NCBI RefSeq assembly: GCF_009914755.1
Contig: NC_060937.1
Source: the human T2T-CHM13v2.0 reference genome, Homo sapiens
Direction: 5' to 3' (one strand)
DNA length: 64,000 nucleotides
Below the pieces are notes generated by a model, which saw nothing but the letters and a program-made list of their open reading frames with translations, was not told the origin of the DNA and ran no database searches. Shown here in pieces: positions 1-13,884 of the stretch. Position 1 is the first letter of the stretch. The number at the start of each line of letters is the position of its first letter. The translations under genes and the position numbers were made by a program.

Positions 1-879
1 CTAGTAATATTTCTGGTGCTGCTATCATGATCATGGAACAGGCATTCACAGAATTTCAGAAAATTCTAGCCTTACTATTTCTATCCTGTAAACTTTTTCT
101 GACATTCTCTTCTATAGTCTGTATTCCTATTCAACCTCTGGCGGGGAAAATTTTAATATTTAATAGGTCAATTTTCACAAACTTTCACTGATCTGCTATA
201 AATGCAATTATATCACATAAAATTACAATGACATATAATACTTGCATCATGCACATTTACATTACTTTTTGATTAAATTTAACTTCTTTAATAAACTACA
301 AGGACCTTGACATCTAAATTTAACTTGATCCCCTAGTTAGGGCAAAATATACATTGAACAATATATATGAACATAAACATCATTTTAAAGAATTGATGTG
401 TAATTAACTTTGTGATCATAGCTGTGAAAACAGCTTTTCATTGCAAACGTCAAAGAGACTGACCTTTGTATTGAAGAATGAAGTAACTACAGAGCATGAC
501 AGTTCAGCCTTCTACTGAAATTGTTTCATGGAGGAGCATTAGAATCATAGCATATGCTAGTTCTGCTCTCTTTTATTTTACAGTTGTTTCAAGAATTACT
601 GTTCTCCTCTGATACTCCAAACTTAATTGGTATAAATAGATTATAATAAATTATAGAATTGTCTCCTCAGTGTTATTCTTACCTTCTCAAAGTAACTTAG
701 TCTGTAAGGTAGACAGGTGAATCTTTCGGGGAAAAAAAAAATCCTCAAGTGGTATGTCTTAGAACTAAGAACCTGAATAAAAGCTGATATGTGATCTGAA
801 GAAATTTGAGTAGGCCTTCATGTGGGGAAAAAAAAAAAAGATTAGACTTTACTGAAAGTGTGTAATGAAGAATAGGTAA

Positions 880-1170
880 GCGGAAGTGAGTTTATTCAAG
901 CATAAGAAAGAGAAAGCTTGGAGAGACTCATCATTAGTTTGGGGTTATATGAAAAAGGTCTCGTACGGTAGTATTGAATAGTTTTTCCTCTACATTCACT
1001 GAATATAGGACAAGGGGGAATAAGTTTAAATTGCAGAAAAGTAAGTACTTCCTGACTGTGGGTATCATAAGCCACAAGAATGTGTTATCAAGAGAGGTTA
1101 CAGTATTTTCTTCTCTAAAGGTGTTTGAAAAAAATCTTTTATAAAAAATTATCCTCCAATAATTTTGGCA
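880..1170 (+). mobile_element. L3/CR1 LINE 3' remnant (very old)
   Basis: Degenerate match to the recalled CR1/L3 3' region (aggacaaggggg...aaattgcag...ttcctgactgtg...agagaggtta...tctctaaaggtgtttgaa); boundaries approximate. Confidence 0.55.
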
Positions 1171-1641
1171 CTATCTAGCTAAAAGCAGGGAAATAATCCT
1201 CTGTTAAATTATCACACCATTTAATTCCATTCCAAGAGTGAATTATGAAAATGAAAAATGATTTTAAAATGTACTTTTTCAAAGTAAAAAGGTGTACAAA
1301 ATCTTGTGATCAATAAAGCTCACATATCTGAAAATTCTAATTATTCTAAAAATAATGTTATTTTTGATAGCATAATATAGAATAATTTTATTCTAAAAAT
1401 TATAATTTCACTTGGTTTTCTTTGCCAAAATGAAGTAAAGCATTTAATAAAAGACAGAATATTCTTGCTGTACAACCTGCTGCTATAGAGGTCATATAGC
1501 AAAATGACATTAAAGAAATAGAAATAAATACATTTATAGCTATTTATATTATTATGACTTTTAATATTAAGATAGTCATTTCTAATGTTTTAGGGCATAA
1601 TGTGGTGAGAGAGGACACATTTTCATATACAAAAATTCTAA

Positions 1642-2009
<368 letters not shown>

Positions 2010-5000
2010 CAGTTCTTCTTTACAGCACTATAATCTGGCCTTTGATACTTACCGTGTCTCACAGATACTGTGCAAACAGACTAATGAGGTAACATTTATA
2101 TATCCATGTTGAAATTCAGTAAGAGATCATAAAGTACTATTTACCTTTAAGAAAGATGAACTCAGGTACCTAAACTAAACATTATTCCTTGATAAAACAT
2201 TTTAAAACATAATGGTGTACTGATTTATATGAAAAATAAAATATCATTCCACCAGTTTATTTTAGATGACAATCGGAAATTATTTTGGCATATATGTTGC
2301 AATCATTAAATGAAGCCATTCCCATTGCATATCAGGAGAATGGAAAGTTGCTTCCTAGTTTGAAGAAGTGTTCCTAGTACACAAGATATAGAAGAGAAGA
2401 GTTGTGAGGAGAAAATGATTATATGCAGGAAATCTGAGCAATGTTTGTAAGACTTGTTTTGGATGACTAGAGATATGTGAATTCAAAAATCAAAGTAAAA
2501 CAGGAATTGAAACAAACAAAAAGCACTTCAAGAAATTGGAAAAATCACATGCATTATTTTTACCTTCAGAAGAATTCAGAGCGTTAATCAAGGTAACAAA
2601 GAATAAAAATCACTTCTTCTATGTTCCTCTCCATTAGAGGCAGAAATAAAATTATTCTCTAATGTGCCCCCCCAACTCTCACTTTTTAAAAATACGTGTA
2701 TATCCTTGATATTAAATATGCCACTGCTTGTAGCAAAATCAGTTTCTCTCCTGATTCATTCAGGTAAGGCTGCTAAGAAATTAACATGTATAGATCCGGT
2801 GTCTCAACTCAGTTTATGCTCAAGTCTTAATGTTTACATTTTGGACTCTTCCATGAGCAACTTCAGTCTCTGTACTAGTTTCATTTCTTAAATTTTATGT
2901 CTTGCCAAATGGGAAGCTGCAACAAGGTATGTGATGAAAGATTAACGGGTTGTAGGAGAGAAGGACAGCATTTTTATTTACTTAAACCACTAGCATGCCT
3001 GTAACCCACCCATATCAAGTATGCTGTACTTCTGTTCTAATATTTACACAATTTATTTCATTTGTTTATTACACATGTGTATCATCCCTAGTAGGCTCTA
3101 AGTTACCTAAGAGAAAGATCAGATCTCAAAGATTTTAGTATTCCCATGTCCAAAAATAGCAACATAGAAAACAATGAATGAAATATTTGTGGAATAGGGA
3201 CAGAGCAAGATGATAGAATAGAAAGCTTCACCTGTCATCTCCCTCAGCAAGGACACCAAGTTAACAATGATCTAAATAGGAACACACCTTTATAAGAACC
3301 AAAAATCAGGTGAGCACTCATAGTGCCTGATTTTAACTTTATATCACTGAAAAAGGTATTGAACAGATAGAAAAAATGATTCAGAATCACCAACACCACC
3401 CCTCCTCCATCCCTGGCAGCTGTGGCATGGTGCCATGAGCATCTCTGGGTGCTGGGGGAGAGAGAACACAACAACTGTGAGACACTAAATTCAGTGCTGT
3501 TCTGTTAGAGTAGAAAGGAAAACCAGACAAAACTCAGCTAATGCCCACCCAAAAATGGAGTATTTAAACCAACCCTAGTCAGAGGGGAATCACCCATCCC
3601 AGCAGCCCAAATTTGAATGTCCACAAACCTCACCACCCAGAGCTAAAGTGCTCTTGGTCTCTAAATAAATCTGAAAGGCCTCTTAGGACTGCAACTCTTG
3701 GGAAGGTCATAGGGCTGAACTAGGCCCAGAGACAGTGAACTGAGAGGGCATGTGACATACTGAGACATCAGCTGGGGAAGCCAAGGGAATGCTGGTATCA
3801 CCGCTACCCTAACCCCAGTCTGCCAGTCTGCACCGCTCATGGCTCCAAAAGAGACCCCTTCCTGCAGCTTGAGAATTGGAGAGGGAAGAGTGGTGAGAAT
3901 TTTGTCTTGCATCTTGGATACCAGCTCAGCCACAGCAGGATAGGGCACCAGTCTGAGTCATGAGGTCCTATTCCAAGGTTTAGCTCCAAGAGGATATTTC
4001 TAGACACACTCTGGGCCAGAAAAGAACTGCTGCCTTGAAGAAAAGAACCTAATCCTTCCAGCATTCATCACCTGCTAAATGAAGAGTTTCTGGGCCCTGA
4101 ATATCCAGCAGTAATACCCAGGTACTACGTCAAGAGCCTTGGTGAGCCTTTGAGATTTGCTGGCTTCAGGTGAGACTCAGAATATTACCAGCTGTGGTAG
4201 CTATGGGGTAAAACTTCTTCTGCTTGGGAAAAGCAGAGAGAAAAGTAAAGGGAACTTTGTCTTGCACCTTAGGTGCCAACATTGTCACAGGTTGGTAGAG
4301 CACAAAGCGGACTCTGGGGGTCCCCAATTCCAGGACTTGACTCTTGGACAGCATTTCTATACCTGTCCTGGGCCACAGAGGAGCCCCCCACCCTGAAATG
4401 TGAGCCCAAGCCAGACAGTATTCACTACAAGCTGACTTAAGAGAATTTGGGCCTTATGGTAACATTGGTGGCAGTCTAGCAGTACTCCTTTTGACCAGGG
4501 GTTTAGAGAAACAAGAGTAGAACAATTATTCAAAGTGATAATAACAGAAAACTTCCCAAGCCTGCAGAAAGATATCGATATTCAACTACAAGGTTATAGA
4601 ACACAAAGCAGATTTAACTCAAACAAGACTACCTAGAGACATTTAATAATTAAACTCAAAAAAGCCAAGATAAAGAAAAGATTCTCAAAGCAGCAAGAGA
4701 AAAGAAAAAAATAATATAACGGAACTCCAGTATGTCTGGCAGCAGACTTTTCACTGGAAACCTTAAAGCCAGAAGAGAGTGGCATGACATATTTAAAGTT
4801 CTGAAGGAAAAAAAAAAAAAAACTTTTAACCAAGACAGTATATTTGGTGAAAATATCCTTCAAACATGAAGGAAAAATAAATACTTTCTCAGACAAAGAA
4901 AGGCTGAGGTGTTAACATTTCATCAATACCAGACCTTTCCTGCAAGAAATGCTGAAGAGAATACTTCAGTAAGAAAGATAAGGACATTAATTAACAAAAA

Positions 5001-5185
5001 TATTCATCTGAAGGTATAAGACTTACTGGTAATAGTAAGTACACAGAAAAAAACACAGAATATTACAAACTGTAACTGTGGTGTATAAACTACTTTTGTC
5101 CTTAGCAGAAAGACTAAACAATGAACCAATCAAAAGCAGTAACTTCAACAACTTGTGAAGACATAAATAGTACATTAAGATATAA

Positions 5186-5830
5186 GAATGATGGTGTGGA
5201 TGTGGTGAAAAGGGAATGGAAACTGGTGCAACCACTAGGAAAATACTGTGGAGATTCCTTAAATAACAAGAAATAGGTCTACCATTTGATCCAGTAATCC
5301 CACTACTAGGTATCTACCTAGAGGAAAATAACTCATTATACAAAAAAGATACTTGCACATGTATATTTATAGCAGCACAATTGGCAATTGCAAAAATATT
5401 GAATCAGCCCAAATGCCCATCAATCAGTGAGTGGATAAAGAAAATGTGGTATATATATACCATGGAGTACTACTCAGCCACAAAAAGGAATGGAATAATG
5501 GCATTTGCAGCAACCTGCATGGAATTGGAGGCTATTATTCTAAGTGAAGTAACTCAAAAATGGAAAACTAAATATTGTATGTTTTCACTCGTATGTAGAA
5601 GCTAAGCTATGAGGATGCAAAGTCATAAGAATGATATATTGGACTTTGGGGAATCAGGAGAAAGGGTGGGGAATGGTGAGGGATAAAATACCACATACTG
5701 GATACAATGTACACTGCTCAGGTGATGGATGACCAAAAACTCAGAAATCAACAATAAAGAACTTATTCATGTAATCAAACACCACCTTCTTTCCAAAAAC
5801 CTGTTGGAATAGGAAAATAAAAAATTTTAA
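5186..5830 (+). mobile_element. L1PB-type 3' fragment nested in the older L1 inter-ORF region
   Basis: ORF2 C-terminus (NQPKCPSISEWIKKMWYIYTMEYYSA) plus L1PB-style 3'UTR (ggactttgggga...aaacaccacct...aaaaacctgttggaat) and A-rich tail. Confidence 0.85.
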
Positions 5831-5837
5831 ATGAAAA

Positions 5838-5975
5838 AAAATAACTAATGCATACTAAGCTTAGTATCTGGGTGATAAAATAATCTGTACAACAATCCCC
5901 AAGACACATGTTTATCTATGTAAAAAACCTGCGCTTGTACTCCTGAACTTAAAATAAAAGTTAAAAAAAGAAAAT
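5838..5975 (+). mobile_element. Short L1PA13-16-type 3' terminal fragment
   Basis: aataactaatgcatactaagcttagtatctgggtgataaaataatctgtacaac...cctgaacttaaaataaaagttaaaaaaa matches the old L1PA 3' terminus. Confidence 0.8.
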
Positions 5976-8150
5976 AAATGATATAAATAGGAACAGCAAC
6001 AGTTTAAAAACAGGGAAACAAAGCCAAGGTGAGCTTTTATTAGTTTTCTTTCTGCTCATTGTTTATGAAAATATTGTTAAGTTGTTATCAGTATAAAATA
6101 ACGTATTATAAGATAGTATTTGCAAGTCTCGTGTTAACCTCAAACCACAAAACTTACAATAAATACACAAAAAATAAAAAGCAAGAAACTAAATTATATC
6201 ACACACACAAAAAATTACCTTCACTAGAAGAAAACAAGAGTGAAACAAAAACGAAAGAGAAGACTACAAAACAACCAGAAAATAAATAGCAAAATGGCAG
6301 GAGTAAGTTCTTAACATTAATATCGTTGAATGTAAATGAACTAAACTCTCTAATCAAAAGATATAGACTGGATTAATGGATTGAAAAACCAAGACCCATT
6401 GATCTGTTGCCTACAAGAAACACAATTCACCTATAAAATACACATAGCCTGAAAAAAAGGTATGAAAAAGGATATTCCATGTCAATGGGAACCAAAATAG
6501 AGCAGGAGTCACTGTACTTATATCAGAGAGAATAGATTTCAGGTCAAAAACTGAAAAAAGAGAAAAAATGTGACTGTATAAAGATAAAGGAGTCAATTTA
6601 GCAAGAGTATATAACATTTTCAATATATATGCACCAAACACTGGAGCACCTAGGTATATAAAGGAAACATTATTAGATCTAAAGAGAGAGAAAGTTTCAA
6701 ATATAATAATAGCTAGAGAGTTTAACACCTCACTTTCAGCATTGGACAAGTCTTCCAGACAGAAAATTAATAAACATCATATTTAATGTACAGTATAGAT
6801 CAAATGAATCTGATAGATATTTACCGAACATTTCAGGTAAGAACTGCAGACAACACATTCTTTTCCTCAGCACATGGATTATTCTTAAGGATAGACAACG
6901 TGTTAGGTCACAAAACAAATATTAGAACATTTAAGAAAATTGAAATAATATCAAGCATCTTCTCTGACCACAATGGAATGAAACTAGAAATTAATAATAA
7001 AAGGAATTTCAGAAACTATACACATATATGGAAATTAAGCACTATGTTCCTTAATGACCTGTGGCTCAATGAAAAATGTAAGAAGGAAATTAAAAATTTT
7101 CCTGAAACAAATGATAATGGAAACACAACATACCCAAAACTTCAGGATACAGCAAAAGCAATAGAAAGAGAAAAGTTTGTAGCTATAAGCATTTACATCA
7201 AAAAAGATGAAAAAATCAAATAAACAACATAATGATGCATCATCTAGAACTAGAAAACAGTAAACAAATAAATTTGAAATGAAAATTATAAAAAAAATCA
7301 ATGAAACCAAAAGTCAGTTTTTCAAAAAGTTAAATTTGACAAACTCTTAGCCACAATAAGAAAAAAAGAGAGAAGATTCAAATAAATAAAATCAGAAATG
7401 AAAAAGGAGACATTGTTACTGATACTGCAGAAATTCAAAGAATCATCAGTGGCTCTTTTGAGCAACTATATGCCAATAAATTGGAAAATCTAGAAGAAAT
7501 GGACAAATTTCTAGGTACATACAACCTACGAAGATTGAAACAGGAAGAAATCCAAAAGAGATTTTGGAAAAGAGAGAAGATTCAAATAAATAAAATCAGA
7601 AATGAAAAAGGAGACATCATAACTGATATTGCAGAAAATAAAATCAGAAAATTAAAAGGAGACATTGTAACTGATACTGCAGAAGTATCCATGGGAAATG
7701 AAAGATTGGGTCCAGGACTAGAGTTAGTTAGAGGCCTAACTCTAGTGGTTTATGCCACTTAATTATTTCTACCTGTTTGCTACCTTGATTTTATGCTTTG
7801 GGTTTTTTCTTAATTTGATATATGATATTAACCTGTAAAATCTGTTTTCAACTCCCATACAGAAAAAAAAATCAAGCATTAAAGGAGCAAGGTTGGTCTA
7901 GAAGCCTTTGAACAAGCAAGAATCCAGGAAGCCTTTGAACTTTTGTATCAAAGCTAGAGTCAGAAAAATAATATAATTTTGTTGGGGGAAATCCTTAATT
8001 CTAGAAAAAAATTGCCTCAATTACCATAGTGTACAGCTTGGCACTTTCATAGAAGAATGATCCTAGAGGGTAATTCAAAAAGAGTAGTAGCAGCAAAAGC
8101 AAACAGTATCAGGATGCTACAGGATGTTAACATTTGTAAAATTTACCCAA

Positions 8151-9944
8151 CCAAGGAAATTTTTATTTTATTTTATTTTGTTTTAAGTTCTGGGATACAT
8201 GTGCAGGACATGCAGGATTTGTTACATAGGTAAACATATGCCATGTTGGTTTGCTGCACATATCAACTGAACTTATTAAGCCCTGCATGCATTACTTATT
8301 TATCCTGATGCTCTCCCTCCCTCCACCACATCCCCCAACAGGCCCCAGTATGTGTTTTTCCCCACCCTGTGTCCATGTGTTCTCAATGTTCACCTCCCAC
8401 TTATAAGTAAGAACATGTGGTGTTTCATTTCTGTTCCTGGGTTAGTTTTCTGAAGATAATGGCTTACGGCACCAACCATGTCCCTGCTAAGGACATGATC
8501 TGGTTCCTTTTTATGGCTGCATGGTATTGCATGGTGTATATGTACCATATTTTCTTTATCCAGTCTATCATTCATGGGCACTTGGGTTGATTCTATGTCT
8601 TTGCTATTGTGAGTAGTGCTGCAATGAACATGTGCATGTGCCTTTATAATGGAACTATTTATATTCCTTTGGGTATATAGGCAGTAATGGGATGCTGGAT
8701 CCAATGGCATTTCTGCCTCTAGGTCTTTGAGGAATTGCCACACTGGTTTTCATAATGGTTGAACTCATTTACATTCCCACCGACAGTGTAAAAGCTTTCC
8801 TGCTTCTCCACAGCCTCACCAACACTTTTTGTTTCTTGGCTTTTTAATAATTGCCATTTTGACTTGCATGAAATGATATCTCATTGTGGTCTTGATTTTA
8901 ATTTCTCTAATGATCAGTGATGTTGAGCTTTTTTTCGTATGTTTGTTGGCAGAATAAATGTTTTCTTTTGAGAAGTGTCTGTTCATGTGATTTGCCCACT
9001 TTTTAATGGAGTTGTTTGTTGTTTACTCATACATTTGTTTCAGTTCCTTGTAGACTCTGGATATTAGACATTTGTCAGATGAATAAATTGCAAAAATTTT
9101 CTGCAATTCTGTTGTCTGTTCATTCTGATGATAGTTTCTTTTGCTGTGCAGAAGCTCTTTATTTTAATTAGATCTCATTTGTCAATTTTTGCTTTAGTTG
9201 CAATTGCTTTTGACATTTTTGTCATGAAATCTTTGCCCATGCCTATGTTCTGAATGGTATTTCCTAGAACTCCCATTCACAATTTTTTCAAAGAGAATAA
9301 AATACCTAGAAATACAGCTAACAAGGGAAGTGAAAGACCACTTCAAGAAAAACTAGAAACCACCACTAAGGGAAAAAGAGAGAACATAGACAAATAGAAA
9401 AACATCCCATGCTCATGGATAGGAAGAATCAATATTGTGAAAATGGCCACACTGCCCAAAGTAATTTATAGATTCAATGCTATTCCCATTAAACTACCAT
9501 TGGCAATCTTCACAGAACTAGAAAAAAACTACTTTAAAATTTGTATCTAACCAAAAAAAAGAGTCCATATAGCCAAGACAATCCTAAGCAAATAGAACAA
9601 AGTTGGAGGCATTACACTACCTGACTAAAAACTATACTACAAGTCTTCAGTAACGAAAATGGCATGGTACTGGTACAAAACCAGACACATAGACCAACGA
9701 AACAGAAAAGAGATCTTAGATATAAGACCACACATCTACAAACATCTGATCTTTGACAAACCTGAAAAAAAACAAACAATGGGGAAAAGATTCCCTATTT
9801 AATAAATGGTGCTAGGAAAACTGGCTAGCCATGGGCAGAAAATTGAAACTGGACCCCTTTCTTACTCCTATACAAAAATTCAACTCAAGATGGATTAAAG
9901 ACTTAAATGTAAAACCCAAAACTATAAAAACCCAAGGAAGTTTT
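8151..9944 (-). mobile_element. L1PA8-10-like element, 5'-truncated with 5' inversion (twin priming)
   Basis: Minus-strand 3'UTR/ORF2 end at ~8164-9267; plus-strand ORF2 segment at 9268-9931; TSD ccaaggaa(a/g)tttt at 8151-8163 and 9932-9944; canonical TTTT/AA EN site. Confidence 0.92.
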
Positions 9945-12554
9945 AAATCGATATTTTTATGAAGTAATCTCTCATGCTACATAATACAAATGAATACCAT
10001 TAGAAGTCACGCTATTTTGTGAACAATTATCCTCAAGAATGTGTGCATTTGGCTTATATTTAGAAATGTCCCACATTAGAATTTTTTAAAGGATATTTTA
10101 TCTCAGTAGCTAATATTGTGGTGTTCCTAAAAGCTTAAGTATTATATCCATAAATTCTTAATAAATTGTGTATATTTTTGTCATTAATGGCTTTGGCTGT
10201 CAAATGAAGAATAAATGAAGAATATTATATTTTGAAATCTGAGATGAATATGGTATGTTTACAATACATTGTTATTTTATGCTAACAAAAAATATACATG
10301 CATTGCAGCATGTGATTTTATGATTAATATAATTAAAATATATAGTTTGTAATATATAACATTTGAAGACATTCTTTGGGAGCAGTGATATTAAGATAAA
10401 ATCTGGAATTATTGGTGAAAAATTTAGTATGGGACAATTCAGCAATAACTAGGGAATACACTTCTCCTTATTTAGGGCTATCTGGTTATCTGCCTTATAA
10501 TGGCTAGTATTTTTCTCTCATTATAGAAAATGCTGCCTGCATAACAAGTTCTAGGATATACTATAAAATAATTTTAGCAGTTTTCTGCTATTCCTTTCTA
10601 CTCTCAATGTGTGTTTTCTAAATTTATTCTGTAGCTCCTATTGAATAAAATGGTCATTGTGAAACAAAGTGCATATTCAGTAAAAAAAAAATACAGATTT
10701 TTCAGAGTAAGGTATAAGACAAAATGGATTTAAAGAATATAGGAAATATTATTTCTAATCTGAGAGCTCTTGTTGCTGTTATTAAATGGTTTTATACCTA
10801 CCAAGAAGTATAAATTATTTCTATATGACCTCAATTTCTGATATGTATAACATAAACTAAATTTGGCTTATTTTGTCATCTTTTTCCCCCAAAAACCAAA
10901 GGTTTAAGCTTTAAGATCATCAACAGCCCAGTGTGTGTTAATAGAGTACACCCGTTAGTGTTAAAAAAGGCATGTGTCAGATGAAATGTCTGGCATCACA
11001 TAGATAAGCCCTGATGTAAAGGGAACTACCAAAGACAAGGACAAACCAGTTAACATTTAAAATGTTTAAAGTCATTTTTAAATAAAGGAGGAGAAAGCAG
11101 ATAATAAAAATATCAAAAAGAAGTGAAATTAATTCATACAATTAAATCAAACAACGGAAGAATGACACGTAACAAATATTTAAAAGGCTAAACCAAAGGA
11201 ACGATATTTTATATCTTTGCATATTGCATAAAAGAACGTGAGAATAGATTAAAAAGCACACATGGTACATTGAAGTGTCAGAAACCTACAAACACTTTGT
11301 ATTATTTCTTTTCAAATGAAAAGGTTTATATTTTATATTTTTTTTCGACTATCCTGTTGACACATATTTATCATTGTTGTAGATTATTTCATTGTAGTGA
11401 TTTTCTGTACGGTGGAGATGACAAAGATGCTATCCATAACTAGTAGTTAGTACTGGAAGGCTCAACAATGTCAAGGTTCAGCAATGCAAAACAGTTGGAT
11501 GACTCTTTTCAGCATCCTGCATTTTTTATGTTACTGTGCTTCTGATCCCCGTTAAGCCAGTTCAAGTCACCGGTAAGGTCAGCAGCCACTTAGATGATTT
11601 ATCTAGTTTAAGAAAGTTTTGATAAGTGATAGTTCACTTGGATACAAGACTATCAAGAGAGACATTTCACTTGCTCAAGTCTGTGCAAAACAGATACAGA
11701 TCTTAAAGTTAGAATCATGAGTATACAGAAGCTTATATTGCCAAAACAATAGAGGTCTTAGGAAGTACCATGAGTATCTACTAGTTTTCACTCTTCACTT
11801 TCTGTGTTTAGAGGAAGCTGATAGAAACAGATAGAGAATAAATTACCTAACAAAGTTTTTATATGTATTCCGGGAAAAATCCAGAATAAGTCAATCGATT
11901 TTTTACAACCATCCCTGGTCTTTTCCTACCATGCCACACTGACTTGATATGCATAGTAAATGTGGTATATATCTTTTACTAATGTATTCCTTGATTCTCC
12001 AATAATTCAAAGTGGATCATATTTTCCTTTTTTTATTCTTATTGGAAAGAATATTTAATTTCTATGAAAAATGCATGCAAAATTTGCATATTTTGGAATT
12101 TCTTACTGATAGTTGATCAGAGTATATATGATGAAGAAAAAACCTATTATACTCATGCTAATTTTATAACTGCAAAAAGTATGATATTACACATTCAAAG
12201 CATTAATCAAAATGTTTTGAAAAAACATTTAAGGGGAGAGAAAAATACATAATTTTAATAAATGGTTTTTTTAAATGAAACTTTTTTGAGTCATTTAATG
12301 GATGCTCTCAAAATTAAGTGTAAATTTTGAAACAAAAGTGAATAAAGAGGATATTTACTTGAAAAACTTAAATATGAAGGAATGTGAATATTAAGGGGGA
12401 AATATATATACACTGTAGTGGAAATGATATGAAGTAATAATGAGTGAAGAACCAAAACAGCACAGCAGAAAATATTAATAAAATAAATGTAAAGGCTGAA
12501 AATATGTAAAAGGTGACGCTAACAGGATTTCTTCAAAGATATTCTGAAACAACC

Positions 12555-12808
12555 TTTTTTTAAGGGGGGATGGATTCTCACTCTGTCACCCTGGCTGGAA
12601 TGCAGTGGCCCGATCTTGGCTCACTGCAAGCTCTAGCTCCACCTCCCCAGTTCACGCCATTCTCCTGCCTCAGCCTCTCGAGTAGCTGGAACTACAGGAC
12701 AGTCACCTGCCACCACGCCCGGCTAATTTTTTGTATTTTTAGTAGAGACAGAGTTTCACCATGTTAGCCAGGATGGTCTCAATCTCCTGACCTCGTATCT
12801 GCCCACCT
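12555..12808 (-). mobile_element. AluY-like, 5'-truncated
   Basis: AluY-type diagnostics (ctgcaagctc, ttcacgccattc, gttagccaggatggtctc); stops at ctgcccacct, lacking the A-box end. Confidence 0.9.
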
Positions 12809-13416
12809 TTTACAAACTTTAGAAAATGATTTAGTAAATATTTAATCTCTATCTTCAATGTGATTTATGTTTTTTGAGAAAAAAAAAATCTGATTCATTA
12901 TTTTCTCTTTTGTTTTCGTTTTCTTATAATAATATTATGTTCTGAAATTCTTTCACGTTGCTTAATATATCACTGCCCACACTTTTGAATCATGTACCTG
13001 TCCCAGACCGACAATTCTAAGAGATTAGAAAGAAAAATGTGTAAACGTAAGTATGTATGATGATCTTTAAACGCTGTAAACATCCAAAAAACTCTTTTTG
13101 TAGCATATTTAATGAATTTACCAATTGCTATCACTGGGTGTAGGAATAAGTAGGCTTCAACTCATTATTCAAATTTCTGCCAAAAATAAAACCTTTTGTT
13201 ATTGGAGTGAAAAAAAATGATGTAAAAATAAATAAGGGCAACAAAAGCAACTCCTGATCTAATTGGGGCAGTTACTGTTTTACAGACTACAGTTACCTTA
13301 CAAATGTCTCATGACAATAATCATATGATTATAATAACATTTAAACTACAGAATTTGGATATTATTTAATTAATAGAACAAAATGTATCTGTAATAGAAT
13401 AATTTCATAATACAGG

Positions 13417-13884
13417 TGTAGGAGATCAGTCAGGGTGGCGGGGAAAATTATAGGAAAGACACAGACCTTCTTGGAAGGCCGGGAGGTTTTGCAAAAGCTT
13501 CGGGACAGAATTATGGCTGAAGACAGTCAAATTCTCTTATCCAGAGGCTGAGAGCAAAGGGCAAATAACAAAAGAATGAAAGGAACTTATCTAGATACAT
13601 TTGTTTACTCCTGTCTCCAGAAACGAAGCTTTGATCATTCACGCACAGGACTGCCCTCTACTTGGGGAGTCGACAATGCTTATTACCCACAAATTGTGTT
13701 TGCTCCAAGCCTCTGTCATTAAATCTGTACTAAATAAATGCAAGCAGGGCTGGCTTATGGGTGTGGAACCCTCATCAGTGGGCTAAGCCATGCTGCCCCC
13801 TAGCCGCGCTGTCAGGCAGAATACCTATGTCCATGTACTTGTTTCATCTGTCGCTGGGCCAGAGTCAGCAAGACAGACTCAGCA
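13417..13884 (+). mobile_element. Solo LTR, LTR22 family (HERV-K HML-5)
   Basis: TG...CA termini; start tgtaggagatcagtcagggtggcggggaaaattataggaaagac resembles LTR22; AATAAA near 13733; 6-bp TSD tacagg/ttcagg. Confidence 0.82.

Larger units (their letters stand above)
3197..7684 (+). mobile_element. Old L1 (L1M/L1MA-type) with 5'UTR, partial ORF1 and the endonuclease half of ORF2; 3' part missing; interrupted by younger L1 pieces
   Basis: Starts ggga cagagcaagatgatagaatag (L1 5' end motif). 5'UTR runs to ~4495, ORF1 C-terminal part ~4500-4990, ORF2 start atggcaggagtaag at ~6294. The 6786-7223 ORF is EN-domain-like (DIYRTF...FFSSAHG...IDNVLGHK...SDHNGMKLEIN). Confidence 0.9.

Noticed and set aside
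2569-2598. ttttaccttcag|23 nt|gtaaca mini-exon
   Set aside because: Not a multiple of 3, weak donor, no other support.
7364-7684. Direct repeats as a CRISPR-like array (also 20713-20858)
   Set aside because: Only 2-3 copies, no unique equal-length spacers, L1-derived or simple duplication, eukaryotic context.
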